The notes beneath the pieces are model-generated. The model was not told the DNA's origin and did no database searches. It worked only from the letters and a program-made list of their open reading frames with translations. The position numbers and the translations under genes are program-made. From the IMG/VR virus record IMGVR_UViG_3300048848_000078, positions 1 to 42,541 of that record: a stretch of 42,541 nucleotides of DNA. One strand, written 5' to 3'. Numbering within the stretch: the first letter of the stretch is position 1; every line of letters starts with the position of its first letter. Positions 34,725-42,541 of this stretch are shown here, piece after piece. The DNA comes from a virus (lineage: Duplodnaviria; Caudoviricetes).

Positions 34725-35666
34725 ATGACGGTCATCACCGGCCCGATCCACGACTCTGCAGACCAGCCCGCCAACGGGTACCTGTACGTCGAGCAGTGGT
34801 ACCGCTCCGAGCTCAACGGCACCCTTGTCACCGACAACCCGGCCAAGGGCATCGTGAAGGACGGCGAGCTCTTCCTCGACGACGGCGTCACTCCGTTCAC
34901 CGTGCCGGCATCGCCGCTCGGTGGCGGCACTCGCATGATCGAGGACTTCCGGCCCTTCTCCCGGCAGGTCGTCCGCAACGTGGTCATTCCCGAGAACGGG
35001 CCCGTGCAGTACGCGACCCTGCAGGAGGTCTCGGCGCCGATCGGCTCGTCCACGTTCATCATCCCCGGCGCCCTCCGCTCGTTCGTGGAGAAGGCCGACG
35101 GCGTCGCCGACGCTCTCGCCGAAGCGCGCGCCGCGGTCGCGATCGTGGAGGCCGTCGCCGAAGAGGTTGCGGACGTTGAGGCCAACACGGTCAGCACCGG
35201 CACCGTGGTCGGCGACAACCTCATCCTGACCCGCACCGACGGCACCACGAACAACGCCGGCAACGTGCGCGGACCCCAGGGTGCGCAGGGCCTTCCCGGC
35301 CCGGGCGCGGTTGCAAGCGACGACGCCACCGAAGCGCTAATCAAGACGCCCGGGACGAAGACGGCGACGGCACTATCTGCCACGAACGTGCAGTACAAGC
35401 AGGCAGCAAAGAACCCGGACCTGCTCATCGTCGGAGCCATCAACAGGAACAGCTTCGGTGCAGTCACGAGCGCGGCGGTCGTCTGGCCCGACGGGAAGCC
35501 AGGAGTATTCACCACCGACGTTTTCTCCACGGCGTTCCCCGGCGCGATCGACAGCTACCACATCACCCACGTCAACGGTGGGACCACCCAGACCTACACG
35601 CAGCCGACGATCACGCGGGACTCGAACGGCGCAGCAACCAACGTTCCGCAGATTGTGGTGAGCTGA
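34725..35666 (+). CDS. Tail fiber/adaptor protein
   Basis: GTVVGDNLILTRTDG, short collagen GPQGAQGLPGP, C-terminal VVWPDG.PG...YTQPTITRD domain. Confidence 0.78.
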   Translation: MTVITGPIHDSADQPANGYLYVEQWYRSELNGTLVTDNPAKGIVKDGELFLDDGVTPFTVPASPLGGGTRMIEDFRPFSRQVVRNVVIPENGPVQYATLQEVSAPIGSSTFIIPGALRSFVEKADGVADALAEARAAVAIVEAVAEEVADVEANTVSTGTVVGDNLILTRTDGTTNNAGNVRGPQGAQGLPGPGAVASDDATEALIKTPGTKTATALSATNVQYKQAAKNPDLLIVGAINRNSFGAVTSAAVVWPDGKPGVFTTDVFSTAFPGAIDSYHITHVNGGTTQTYTQPTITRDSNGAATNVPQIVVS

Positions 35667-35667
35667 C

Positions 35668-37455
35668 ATGGGAGTTCTCGACCCGATTGGCATCTCAGCC
35701 GGCGAAGCAATTGCGCTTCGCTCCGACGCGGCCGAATCTTTGGCCCTGTCTCGCAACGCCGTGTGGGGCACCACGCAGGAGGCGCTCGCCCCGCAGATCG
35801 TGATGAAGAAGTCGGCGAACAACCCGATCTTCTCCACCTCCGATACCACGCTCCCATCGATCTACTGGCCCTCCGTGATGAGGGTCGACGGCCTCCTCGA
35901 TAACCCGCTAGGCCGCTACTACCTGTGGTTCTCCACCGACCACGGGCAAGCATCAGCACGAATCGCCCTCGCCTACGCCGACGATCTCGAAGGCCCCTGG
36001 ACCATCTACGGCCCCGTCTGGTACTTCGCGACTTCCGGCACAGAGTCCGAAACGCCATCTGTCGTCTGGGACCGAGATAACTCGCGGTTCATCATGCATC
36101 ACCAGCAAGCCAACCCGACCGGGGCAGTATCTTCACAGGTCACGATGGTTGCGTTCTCGCCCGATGGCGTCAACTGGACCACCGGCGGTATTGCCCTGGA
36201 CGTGCGAGCGCAAACCGGCTGGCGCGGACCGCTGCACACCGGCTACTTCCGCGCCTTCAACATCGGCAACGGATTCATCGGGTACGGCCTCCTGCAGGGC
36301 CAGGAAAACCCCACCTTCACCATCTGGCACAGCACCGATGGGGTGACGTGGGTCCTCGACAGCCGCCCACTCGGTTATGAGGCGCAGTACCTACCCGCCA
36401 ACCGGCGCGTGGAGTGGAACTCCGCAAATATCGTCCTCTGGCGCGGCCGATACATCCTCGTCTTCCACGTCTCCTCTTTCGCGCAGGGTGCCGAACTAAG
36501 GCGAACCTACTGGGCGGCAGCGCCCTTGACTCCGGACTTCCGGGGCCTTGCGGGACCACCTCAAAAGCTCTTCGATGCTGACCAGGACTGGGAGTCGTCA
36601 GAGGCGGGCCACGGCCACGCCTTCATTGACGACGGCCGCCTCGTGCTCGTGTGGCGTTCCGGCGACGGCACCCCTGAGAGCGAGTTTGCATTCGGTGTTG
36701 CGTTTGCCGATCCCAATGCGATCGACCTCCCCGACCTCGACTACACCGGCGAGACCGTCGCTTACTCGCTCGTGCGCGATCCCGCTGGGAAGTTTGTCCC
36801 CCTGGGCCGAACCGAGCACGTCTCCGAGTGGTCTCCCATGTTCGACACCACAGTGCCGGCATGGATCAGCACACTTGTGGGGACGGCTACAGTGCAGAGC
36901 GCTACAAGCTCAACCAACCCGCCACGCGTCAAGGCCGAAACCGCAGCCACCATTGATGCCGCAGCCCGCCAACGGTTCAGCCCTGCAATCTCGGTGTCAC
37001 AGGTCGAGGAAATCGAGTTCACCTTGCACGGGCTGATCTTCAGCGACGACAACGGGTTCGACTTCCGCTTCGAGATCGGAGTAGACGGTCAGAACGCCGG
37101 CATCGATTACCGGCAGTCGAACGCTGAAATCGTGGACGGCAACACTCGGGGGCGTTTCCGAACCCACGCCCCCGGAACTGCAAACCAGTTCTTCGTGGAC
37201 CGCGAACGCGCGGTCTACTTCGGGAAGCCGAACGGTAACGGCCGACGCCCGCAGAACTTCACCCTCCTGTGGCGTCCGTTCGTCCGTGAGGCGTTCGTGC
37301 TCATGGGCGATCAGGTCATGGCGGCCATGAAGTACGACGCTTCCGAAGTCGCAACCAACACTGGCGTCTATTGCCAGTTCACGCTGAACACGAAGGTGGC
37401 TGCGGTCCGGTCGGTGTCCTGGCAGAAGGCAACTGTCAAGCTGAGGTACAACTGA
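35668..37455 (+). CDS. Five-bladed beta-propeller glycoside hydrolase-like protein (GH43/32/130-like fold), candidate receptor-binding protein or depolymerase
   Basis: KKSANNPIF, YYLWFSTDH...IALAYADDLEGPW, ETPSVVW, SPDGVNW, STDGVTW; beta-rich C-terminal domain. Confidence 0.78.
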   Translation: MGVLDPIGISAGEAIALRSDAAESLALSRNAVWGTTQEALAPQIVMKKSANNPIFSTSDTTLPSIYWPSVMRVDGLLDNPLGRYYLWFSTDHGQASARIALAYADDLEGPWTIYGPVWYFATSGTESETPSVVWDRDNSRFIMHHQQANPTGAVSSQVTMVAFSPDGVNWTTGGIALDVRAQTGWRGPLHTGYFRAFNIGNGFIGYGLLQGQENPTFTIWHSTDGVTWVLDSRPLGYEAQYLPANRRVEWNSANIVLWRGRYILVFHVSSFAQGAELRRTYWAAAPLTPDFRGLAGPPQKLFDADQDWESSEAGHGHAFIDDGRLVLVWRSGDGTPESEFAFGVAFADPNAIDLPDLDYTGETVAYSLVRDPAGKFVPLGRTEHVSEWSPMFDTTVPAWISTLVGTATVQSATSSTNPPRVKAETAATIDAAARQRFSPAISVSQVEEIEFTLHGLIFSDDNGFDFRFEIGVDGQNAGIDYRQSNAEIVDGNTRGRFRTHAPGTANQFFVDRERAVYFGKPNGNGRRPQNFTLLWRPFVREAFVLMGDQVMAAMKYDASEVATNTGVYCQFTLNTKVAAVRSVSWQKATVKLRYN

Positions 37456-37607
37456 TGAGGACGCTGCAGTTCGGCGCGCTCATCATCGCGTGCATGGGAA
37501 TCATGCTCACCATCGCTGTCGGCAAGCCAGGCATGGTGCTAGGGCTCGTCGCCTGCGCACTTGCATTTGCGTCACTCGTCAATCGTGAGGGTGACCCGCC
37601 CGAATGA
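37455..37607 (+). CDS. Small 2-TM membrane protein (50 aa)
   Basis: TGATG overlap; MRTLQFGALIIACMGIMLTIAVGKPGMVLGLVACALAF. Confidence 0.6.
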   Translation: MRTLQFGALIIACMGIMLTIAVGKPGMVLGLVACALAFASLVNREGDPPE

Positions 37608-37611
37608 GATG

Positions 37612-37672
37612 GTGGCGGTAAAGTGGTCCTAGGGCAATAGCCCTAGGAGGTCCGGGTTCGAGCCCCGCCACA
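37612..37672 (+). ncRNA. tRNA-like structured element lacking a D arm
   Basis: GTGGCGG...CCGCCAC closing stem, TCCTAGGGC-AATA-GCCCTAGGA hairpin, GGTC linker, CGGG-TTCGAGC-CCCG T arm. Confidence 0.45.
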
Positions 37673-37677
37673 ACTGA

Positions 37678-39846
37678 TCAGGGCGTGGCCAGCATCTCAG
37701 CGAGCGGGGCGCCGATGCGGGTGGAGTACTCCTGGGTGAGGTGTGCGCCGTCGGCACGGATGATGATGTCGTTCGCGAAGGCGGGGCAGTAGTCCTGCGA
37801 GCAGAACAGCTGGTTCGTGTCGACGAAGCTGACAGTGGGGATGCCCAGGCCGGTGACGTCGGCCTGGATGGCGGCGTTCATCTCGGGGTGGAGGGTGTTC
37901 ATCCGCACCAGGCAGTCGTTGGGTGATCCGCTCGAGGTGTAGCACTCCTCGAACGGCTTGCCCGCGAGTGGGGCACCGAGCACGACGACACGATCGCTGT
38001 TGGCCGCGAACTCCTGCAGGGTGGTGGTCGTCGCGGCGTTGAGCTCGGGGTAGCCGCCCTCGGTGAGGTTGGAGAGCACGCTGTCGATCTGCGACGCGAC
38101 GACCATGTTGGGGTGGATGCGTTCAATCTCGGAGCGGGTCCACTCGTGGAACTCGTCGCACTCGCTGTAGGCGCCTCCTCCGACGCCCTTCACGGAGATG
38201 TTCGCGTAGGGGCACTGCTGCATGGTGAAGACCTGGATCTTCCACTGGTCGCCGAGCGCCCCGACGAGAGCCGGCACCCAGCTCACCCCGACCGAGTCGC
38301 CCACGAGCACGGCGGTGTTCGGTGCCTCTGGGTTGCCGTAGATGCAGCGCGCGGTGGTGTCCTCGAAGTTGGCGTCGGATTTCATCTCGCGGGCGAGGCA
38401 TCCGTCTTCGACCCACGCGTCGACGCGGGCCATCTGTCCGATGGTGTCGACGCTGGGGGTCAGGGTCGCGGGCCACGCCGAGTCGCCGACGGCTTGCTGC
38501 ACCTCTTTCGTCAGCGCTGTGACCGCTGTGTCGGGTTCGGCCTCCGCGGCTTGGGTGCCGAAGACCGGTGCCGGCCCGAGTGCGGTAGAGGGCTGGGTGT
38601 TCAGGATTGGGAGGACTGCCAGCAGAACGAGAGTCATCGTCGTGATGCCCAGGCCGGCTAATGCGCCCCGCTGCATGGCAGGGACGTAGGCCATCCTCCA
38701 CTCCTTCCACGCCGCTCGCTTGGAAACGGGCGACGTCCACAGCGGGGACCGCCAGATCGGTTTCTCGACCGTGTGGTAGGCCGCGATGGCGATTCCGAAT
38801 CCGGCGATTGCGATGCCGAAGTAGGTGAGAAGCCCGGCGTTCGGGAACAGGGCGAGACCGAAGATGATGGCAGGGAAGTGCCAGAGATAGAGGCTGTAGG
38901 AGATGTCGCCGATGTAGACGGCGATGGGATTGGTGAGGGGCCAGAAGAACGGCGCGGGAGACCCGATCCCGGAGATGATGACCAGCGCCGTGCCGATGAC
39001 GGGCAGGAGCGCCCACGGAGCGGGCCAGGGAGTCTCGGATGTGATCACGAAGCACGACCCGATCATGACGACGAGCCCGAGGTAGGCGAGCACGGTGCGA
39101 AGCGGGCCGGGTATCCGCATGAACAGCGGAGCGGTGACGGCCAGTAGGGCTCCCGCGCCGAGCTCCCAGGCTCGGGTGAGCGTCGAGAAGTAGGCGAACG
39201 TCGGCTCGGTGACCGCCTGGTGCATGGCCCACGCGAACGATGCGACGACGATCACTCCGACGCTGATTCCGGCGATGAGCCGGGTGCGTCGTTCGGTCAT
39301 CTTCCCGAACTTGGCGAACAGCGCTAGCAGGCCGAGCAGCAGCCATGGCCACACGAAGTAGAACTGCTCCTCGACTGACAGCGACCAGAAGTGCTGCACC
39401 GGTGAGACGGCACCGTCCTGCTGGAAGTAGTCGGTGCCCTTCAGGGCGAAGTTCCAGTTGGAGGTGAAAAGGAACGCCCAGATCGAGTCCCAGGTGATCG
39501 CGATGGCGCGCTGCTGGGTGAAGACGAGGAACGCGAGGATCGACGTGACCACGAGGGTGAGGATCGCGGCCGGGAAGATGCGCTTGGATCGGGAGAGGTA
39601 GAACTTCTTCGCCGAGATGTGGCCGCTGGCCGTGTACTCGCGCAGTAGTAGGCCGGTGATGAGGAAGCCGGAGATGACGAAGAACATGTCTACGCCGATG
39701 AATCCGCCGGATGGCCAGCCGATCATGTGGTCGAGGAACACGACGAGCACGGCGACGGCGCGCAGGCCCTGGATGTCGGGGCGGAACGCCCTCTTGGTGT
39801 TCGCGGCGATTCGGGACCGGCTTCGACTGCGTGTCGTTCTGTACAT
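37678..39846 (-). CDS. Acyltransferase-3 plus SGNH O-acyltransferase (OafA/OatA-like)
   Basis: FRPDIQGLRAVAV, GGFIGVDMFFVISGFLIT, HFWSLSVEEQFY, GDISYSLYLWH; SGNH VGDS and DGAH. Confidence 0.93.
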   Translation of the reverse strand: MYRTTRSRSRSRIAANTKRAFRPDIQGLRAVAVLVVFLDHMIGWPSGGFIGVDMFFVISGFLITGLLLREYTASGHISAKKFYLSRSKRIFPAAILTLVVTSILAFLVFTQQRAIAITWDSIWAFLFTSNWNFALKGTDYFQQDGAVSPVQHFWSLSVEEQFYFVWPWLLLGLLALFAKFGKMTERRTRLIAGISVGVIVVASFAWAMHQAVTEPTFAYFSTLTRAWELGAGALLAVTAPLFMRIPGPLRTVLAYLGLVVMIGSCFVITSETPWPAPWALLPVIGTALVIISGIGSPAPFFWPLTNPIAVYIGDISYSLYLWHFPAIIFGLALFPNAGLLTYFGIAIAGFGIAIAAYHTVEKPIWRSPLWTSPVSKRAAWKEWRMAYVPAMQRGALAGLGITTMTLVLLAVLPILNTQPSTALGPAPVFGTQAAEAEPDTAVTALTKEVQQAVGDSAWPATLTPSVDTIGQMARVDAWVEDGCLAREMKSDANFEDTTARCIYGNPEAPNTAVLVGDSVGVSWVPALVGALGDQWKIQVFTMQQCPYANISVKGVGGGAYSECDEFHEWTRSEIERIHPNMVVASQIDSVLSNLTEGGYPELNAATTTTLQEFAANSDRVVVLGAPLAGKPFEECYTSSGSPNDCLVRMNTLHPEMNAAIQADVTGLGIPTVSFVDTNQLFCSQDYCPAFANDIIIRADGAHLTQEYSTRIGAPLAEMLATP

Positions 39847-40082
39847 GTGATTCCCCCACTGTTCAGACGGAATCGTAATCGACGGATGTCTCGATTCTGT
39901 TACGCCCGCCGCGCCAGTGTCGTGGGGACGTCACATTCGGCCATCGCTCGTCCCCCGGATGAGGTGCAGACAACGGCACGGCGAGATGCGACCCTGTCGA
40001 GCAAGTCGGGGCCGCGGCGCGGACCTCGAGCCGCCTCCCTCGCGGTCCCGACGTGAACTATCGACCGGAATAGTGCACCCGG

Positions 40083-40217
40083 TCAGCGGGCGATGGTGAT
40101 CCAGATGCGCTGCTCTGTCCGCTCGGGCAGTCGCGACTTCGCGGTCTCGTAGTCGGGGCCTTCTGCCTCGTCGACCTGCTCGACACCGTCCACCAGATAC
40201 CCTGCTCGAACTCGCAT
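40083..40217 (-). CDS. Small leaderless protein (44 aa)
   Basis: MRVRAGYLVDGVEQVDEAEGPDYETAKSRLPERTEQRIWITIAR; -10 TAGCCT 6 nt upstream. Confidence 0.6.
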   Translation of the reverse strand: MRVRAGYLVDGVEQVDEAEGPDYETAKSRLPERTEQRIWITIAR

Positions 40218-40223
40218 GGCAGC

Positions 40224-40245
40224 AGGCTACTTCAGACCCCCGATA
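40224..40245 (-). promoter_or_regulatory. PafBC (RecA-NDp)-like promoter
   Basis: TATCGG-N10-TAGCCT-N6-ATG versus consensus TGTCGG-N10-TAnnnT. Confidence 0.55.
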
Positions 40246-40279
40246 CTGGCTCCGGCCGGTGTCGGGGGTTACTTGCGCG

Positions 40280-40573
40280 TCACCGTCCAGTGTTCGTTCC
40301 GGCGAGATGGTTCTGCAGTGCCCGCCGTTCAGACCCGCGGTTCACGTAGAGTTCCCAAGCCATCTCGGCGAGCACCTTCGGGTCCTGGTGGTAGCCGATC
40401 AGCTTCCGGCCGCTCGATGTCGGGGACCAGGTCACGAGTCGGTACCAGGTGACTGTGTGCTTGTCGGCGCCGAAAGTGAGCTCGCGGATGACACCGTAGG
40501 GCTGATCAAACGTCCCGTTGCGGAGAATCCACTCGCACGCTCGGGCGTTCTGTATCGGGTGCCACTCGGGCAT
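40280..40573 (-). CDS. Hypothetical protein
   Basis: MPEWHPIQNA...PYGVIR...WYRLVTW...RKLIGY; GAGGAG RBS. Confidence 0.8.
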   Translation of the reverse strand: MPEWHPIQNARACEWILRNGTFDQPYGVIRELTFGADKHTVTWYRLVTWSPTSSGRKLIGYHQDPKVLAEMAWELYVNRGSERRALQNHLAGTNTGR

Positions 40574-40613
40574 GCTGCTCCTCTCTCAGGAGCGCGCCGG
40601 CCCGCGCAGCAGC

Positions 40614-40635
40614 ATCGTAGGCAGACCCCCCGACG
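40614..40635 (-). promoter_or_regulatory. PafBC (RecA-NDp)-like promoter
   Basis: CGTCGG-N10-TACGAT upstream of the 40573 gene. Confidence 0.55.
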
Positions 40636-40688
40636 ACACGCCAAGACGAGGTCGCCCGGGCGTGGCTACTACTCGACGGCTGTTCGCG

Positions 40689-41006
40689 TCACCGCGCGTC
40701 CAGTCCCGCGACGCGTGGCTCATTGAGCAGAAGCAGGCCGCCCGGGGAGTTCGCCGACACAGTGAGCACTTCGATCCACCTGCGGTTGATCTGCGGCGGG
40801 CGGCTGCCGTGGAATTTGAACACGAGCGGTCCGTTCGGCTGCAGCCAGATGCTGGTACGCCCATTGCCGATGGCGGGATCGTCTTTCCGGCCGAAGAAGA
40901 ACGACTCGCCTCGGCGCAGCTTCCCTCCGATGACGAGGTGAAGGTGCGCAAGGGTGCGGTCTTCAAAGTCCACGATGAAGGTCGAGTCGTAGGTGAGCTT
41001 GCCCAT
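40689..41006 (-). CDS. Conserved Microbacteriaceae-type hypothetical protein
   Basis: MGKLTYDS...FEDRTLAHL..VI..KLRRGESFFF...GRTSIW...INRRWIE.L..SANSPGGL. Confidence 0.8.
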   Translation of the reverse strand: MGKLTYDSTFIVDFEDRTLAHLHLVIGGKLRRGESFFFGRKDDPAIGNGRTSIWLQPNGPLVFKFHGSRPPQINRRWIEVLTVSANSPGGLLLLNEPRVAGLDAR

Positions 41007-41134
41007 GAGGGCTCTTCTCTGTTTGGCAGGCATTGAGCCGGCGCGACGTCAGGGACAGCGTAACCGGCCTGCGTCAATCGGGAACAGTCAAGCCCCGTGT
41101 GCAGCCCCCCGGTGTGGTGCCTACCGTGGAAGGC

Positions 41135-41236
41135 GTGGATGAGCGCGAGAATGGAACGGCCGGTGACGGCGATGCGGACCTCACAGTCGATGAGGTGCTG
41201 TGGCTCCTCGAGTTCGGTTGGCAGCAAGGGGACTAG
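41135..41236 (+). CDS. Possible 33-aa leaderless peptide
   Basis: TACCGT -10 seven nt before GTG; MDERENGTAGDGDADLTVDEVLWLLEFGWQQGD. Confidence 0.35.
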   Translation: MDERENGTAGDGDADLTVDEVLWLLEFGWQQGD

Positions 41237-41272
41237 GACAGCCCCCTCAGACCTCAGGGTCTGGTGGGGGCG

Positions 41273-41486
41273 TCAGTGGTTGGGCAGCGCGGCTGCTGCG
41301 TCCTCGGGTGTCGCGAACGGCCCGAGCGCGTACAGCGCCGCGGTCTCCGTGGCGTCGTCTGCGTGGCTAAGCCGGTACCCGTCGAGCTCGTGCTCGATGC
41401 GCCACGGGGTCTCGACGAGGGTTCCGTCGATCTCGCGGACCACCCAGAAGTGGTCGTCCTCCGATCCCGCGCGCGATGAACAGCAT
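41273..41486 (-). pseudogene. Small hypothetical gene with a frameshift near its 5' end
   Basis: ATG 41486 gives MLFIAR; the coding-like frame (SEDDHFWVVREIDGTLVETPWRIEHELDGYRLSHADD...) is offset by 1 nt at a GCGCGCGGG run; length 214 = 3n+1. Confidence 0.55.
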
Positions 41487-41502
41487 GCGCCTGGCCCGGC
41501 CG

Positions 41503-42024
41503 CTACATGCGGCTGAGCAGTTCGGCCTTCTTCTGGCTGAACTCGACGTCGCTCAGGATGCCCGCCGCGTGGAGGCCCGCGAGCTGCTGCAGCTGCGCGG
41601 GGATGTCGGTCGGTGCCGCCACGGCGACGGTCGGCTGAGCGGGGGACTGCGGGACAGCTTGCGAGGGGTGCGAGCCGAGGATGAGCTGTGTGAGCACTTC
41701 CTTCACCTGCTTCGCCTCGTTGTGGGAGACGCGGAAATCGATGGTGTTACCGGAGGTGATCACCTGCACGAGCGTGTTCATGAGGCCGTCGCGCTTGGTG
41801 GTGACCGACGACATGGATTTCACGGGAATCATCTCGGTGCCGCTCTTGCCGTTCTTCACGCCGGTCGCGAGCGTCGAGAGGCCCATGGTCAGGATGCCGG
41901 CGGTCACCTTGCCACCAGAGACGCCTCGCGGCTTCAGCCACTCGACCCGGTCTGGGTAGACGCTCACCTTCGCGTTCTTGCCCTCGATGTGTGAGGTGAA
42001 CTCGTAGATCGGCTGCTGTTCCAT
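41503..42024 (-). CDS. Bacterial PH-like domain protein with C-terminal SHOCT domain
   Basis: GKNAKVSVYPDRVEW...EMIPVKSMSSV; C-terminal QLQQLAGLHAAGILSDVEFSQKKAELL. Confidence 0.82.
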   Translation of the reverse strand: MEQQPIYEFTSHIEGKNAKVSVYPDRVEWLKPRGVSGGKVTAGILTMGLSTLATGVKNGKSGTEMIPVKSMSSVTTKRDGLMNTLVQVITSGNTIDFRVSHNEAKQVKEVLTQLILGSHPSQAVPQSPAQPTVAVAAPTDIPAQLQQLAGLHAAGILSDVEFSQKKAELLSRM

Positions 42025-42081
42025 GTGATGCCTTCCCCCGGTGGTTGATCGTCTTCGACAGCATATTCAAGCACCCGCCGA

Positions 42082-42103
42082 TGTCGGTGGCGAGTGTTCC
42101 GAT
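42082..42103 (+). promoter_or_regulatory. PafBC-like promoter with a degenerate -10
   Basis: TGTCGG-N10-TCCGAT-N6-ATG(42110). Confidence 0.45.
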
Positions 42104-42109
42104 AGATGC

Positions 42110-42361
42110 ATGCTCTCCGACCGTGAACGCGCGATCCTCGCCTTCGAGGAGACGTGGATAGACCGACCCATCGCCCGCCGTGAGCTCGCCGTCGACCGGC
42201 GCTTCGGCATGAGGTACCCGCGATACCTGCAGATCCTCGGCGGGCTCCTCGACCGACAGGACGCGATCGCCGCGAACCCGCAGCTGCTCTACCGGCTCCG
42301 CGCGAGGCGAGAGCGTAGGTCTGTCGAAGCGGGCGGGCGCCTGATCGCTCGCGACGCCTGA
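42110..42361 (+). CDS. DUF3263-family protein
   Basis: LSDRERAILAFEETW...RFGM...RYLQIL..LLD...A....PQLLYRLRARR. Confidence 0.82.
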   Translation: MLSDRERAILAFEETWIDRPIARRELAVDRRFGMRYPRYLQILGGLLDRQDAIAANPQLLYRLRARRERRSVEAGGRLIARDA

Positions 42362-42415
42362 CAAAGAAATAACCGGAAGGATTCACAGATCAGGCCGTGA
42401 ATACACTTCCGGTTA
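42361..42415 (-). terminator. Phage-supplied terminator for the reconstituted tRNA-Arg
   Basis: TAACCGGAAG/CTTCCGGTTA and ATTCAC/GTGAAT stems, followed on the minus strand by TTTCTTTGT. Confidence 0.7.
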
Positions 42416-42434
42416 CACTTACTTGCTACTTCCG

Positions 42435-42509
<75 letters not shown>

Positions 42510-42541
42510 AGTGTGTGAGAAATGATCTCCCGCACGAACAT

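Noticed and set aside
40260-40281. Additional TGTCGG as a fourth PafBC promoter
   Set aside because: No TAnnnT at the N10 spacing and no credible downstream gene.
40689-41006. DNA ligase label sometimes attached to this protein type
   Set aside because: Only 105 aa with no KxDG adenylation motif.

Overview
The window is almost entirely one apparently complete temperate siphovirus-type prophage (about 42.1 kb) in a high-GC actinobacterium, probably Microbacteriaceae (inferred from gene content). It is integrated in a minus-strand tRNA-Arg(ACG) gene and bounded by an exact 50-bp direct repeat (308-357 and 42435-42484). Host sequence on the left holds a partial ParD-type antitoxin gene. Left to right the prophage carries: a rightward operon of small genes ending in a tyrosine integrase 2.3 kb from att; ImmA-like protease and XRE repressor facing a divergent cro-like early operon (ASCH, RecE-like exonuclease, AAA recombinase, RusA-like, HNH, WhiB, Rep, SSB); a Zn/Rho_N-domain protein, GIY-YIG and HTH genes; a candidate late promoter with a structured leader and an initiator-type tRNA-Met; HNH, terminases, portal, ClpP protease, capsid and tail genes; a lysis cassette that splits the tail genes; a beta-propeller glycoside hydrolase; and a right-arm accessory region with an AT3-SGNH O-acyltransferase, a PH/SHOCT protein and small genes behind PafBC-type promoter motifs. 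The most unusual signals are regulatory: motifs shared between the att-proximal promoter and the genetic switch, twin NGGYAA-loop hairpins, a Rho_N-fused protein upstream of a promoter-terminator leader, an ImmA lacking its catalytic Glu, three PafBC-like promoters and a D-arm-less tRNA-like element. All family assignments are motif recognition by eye, not database results.
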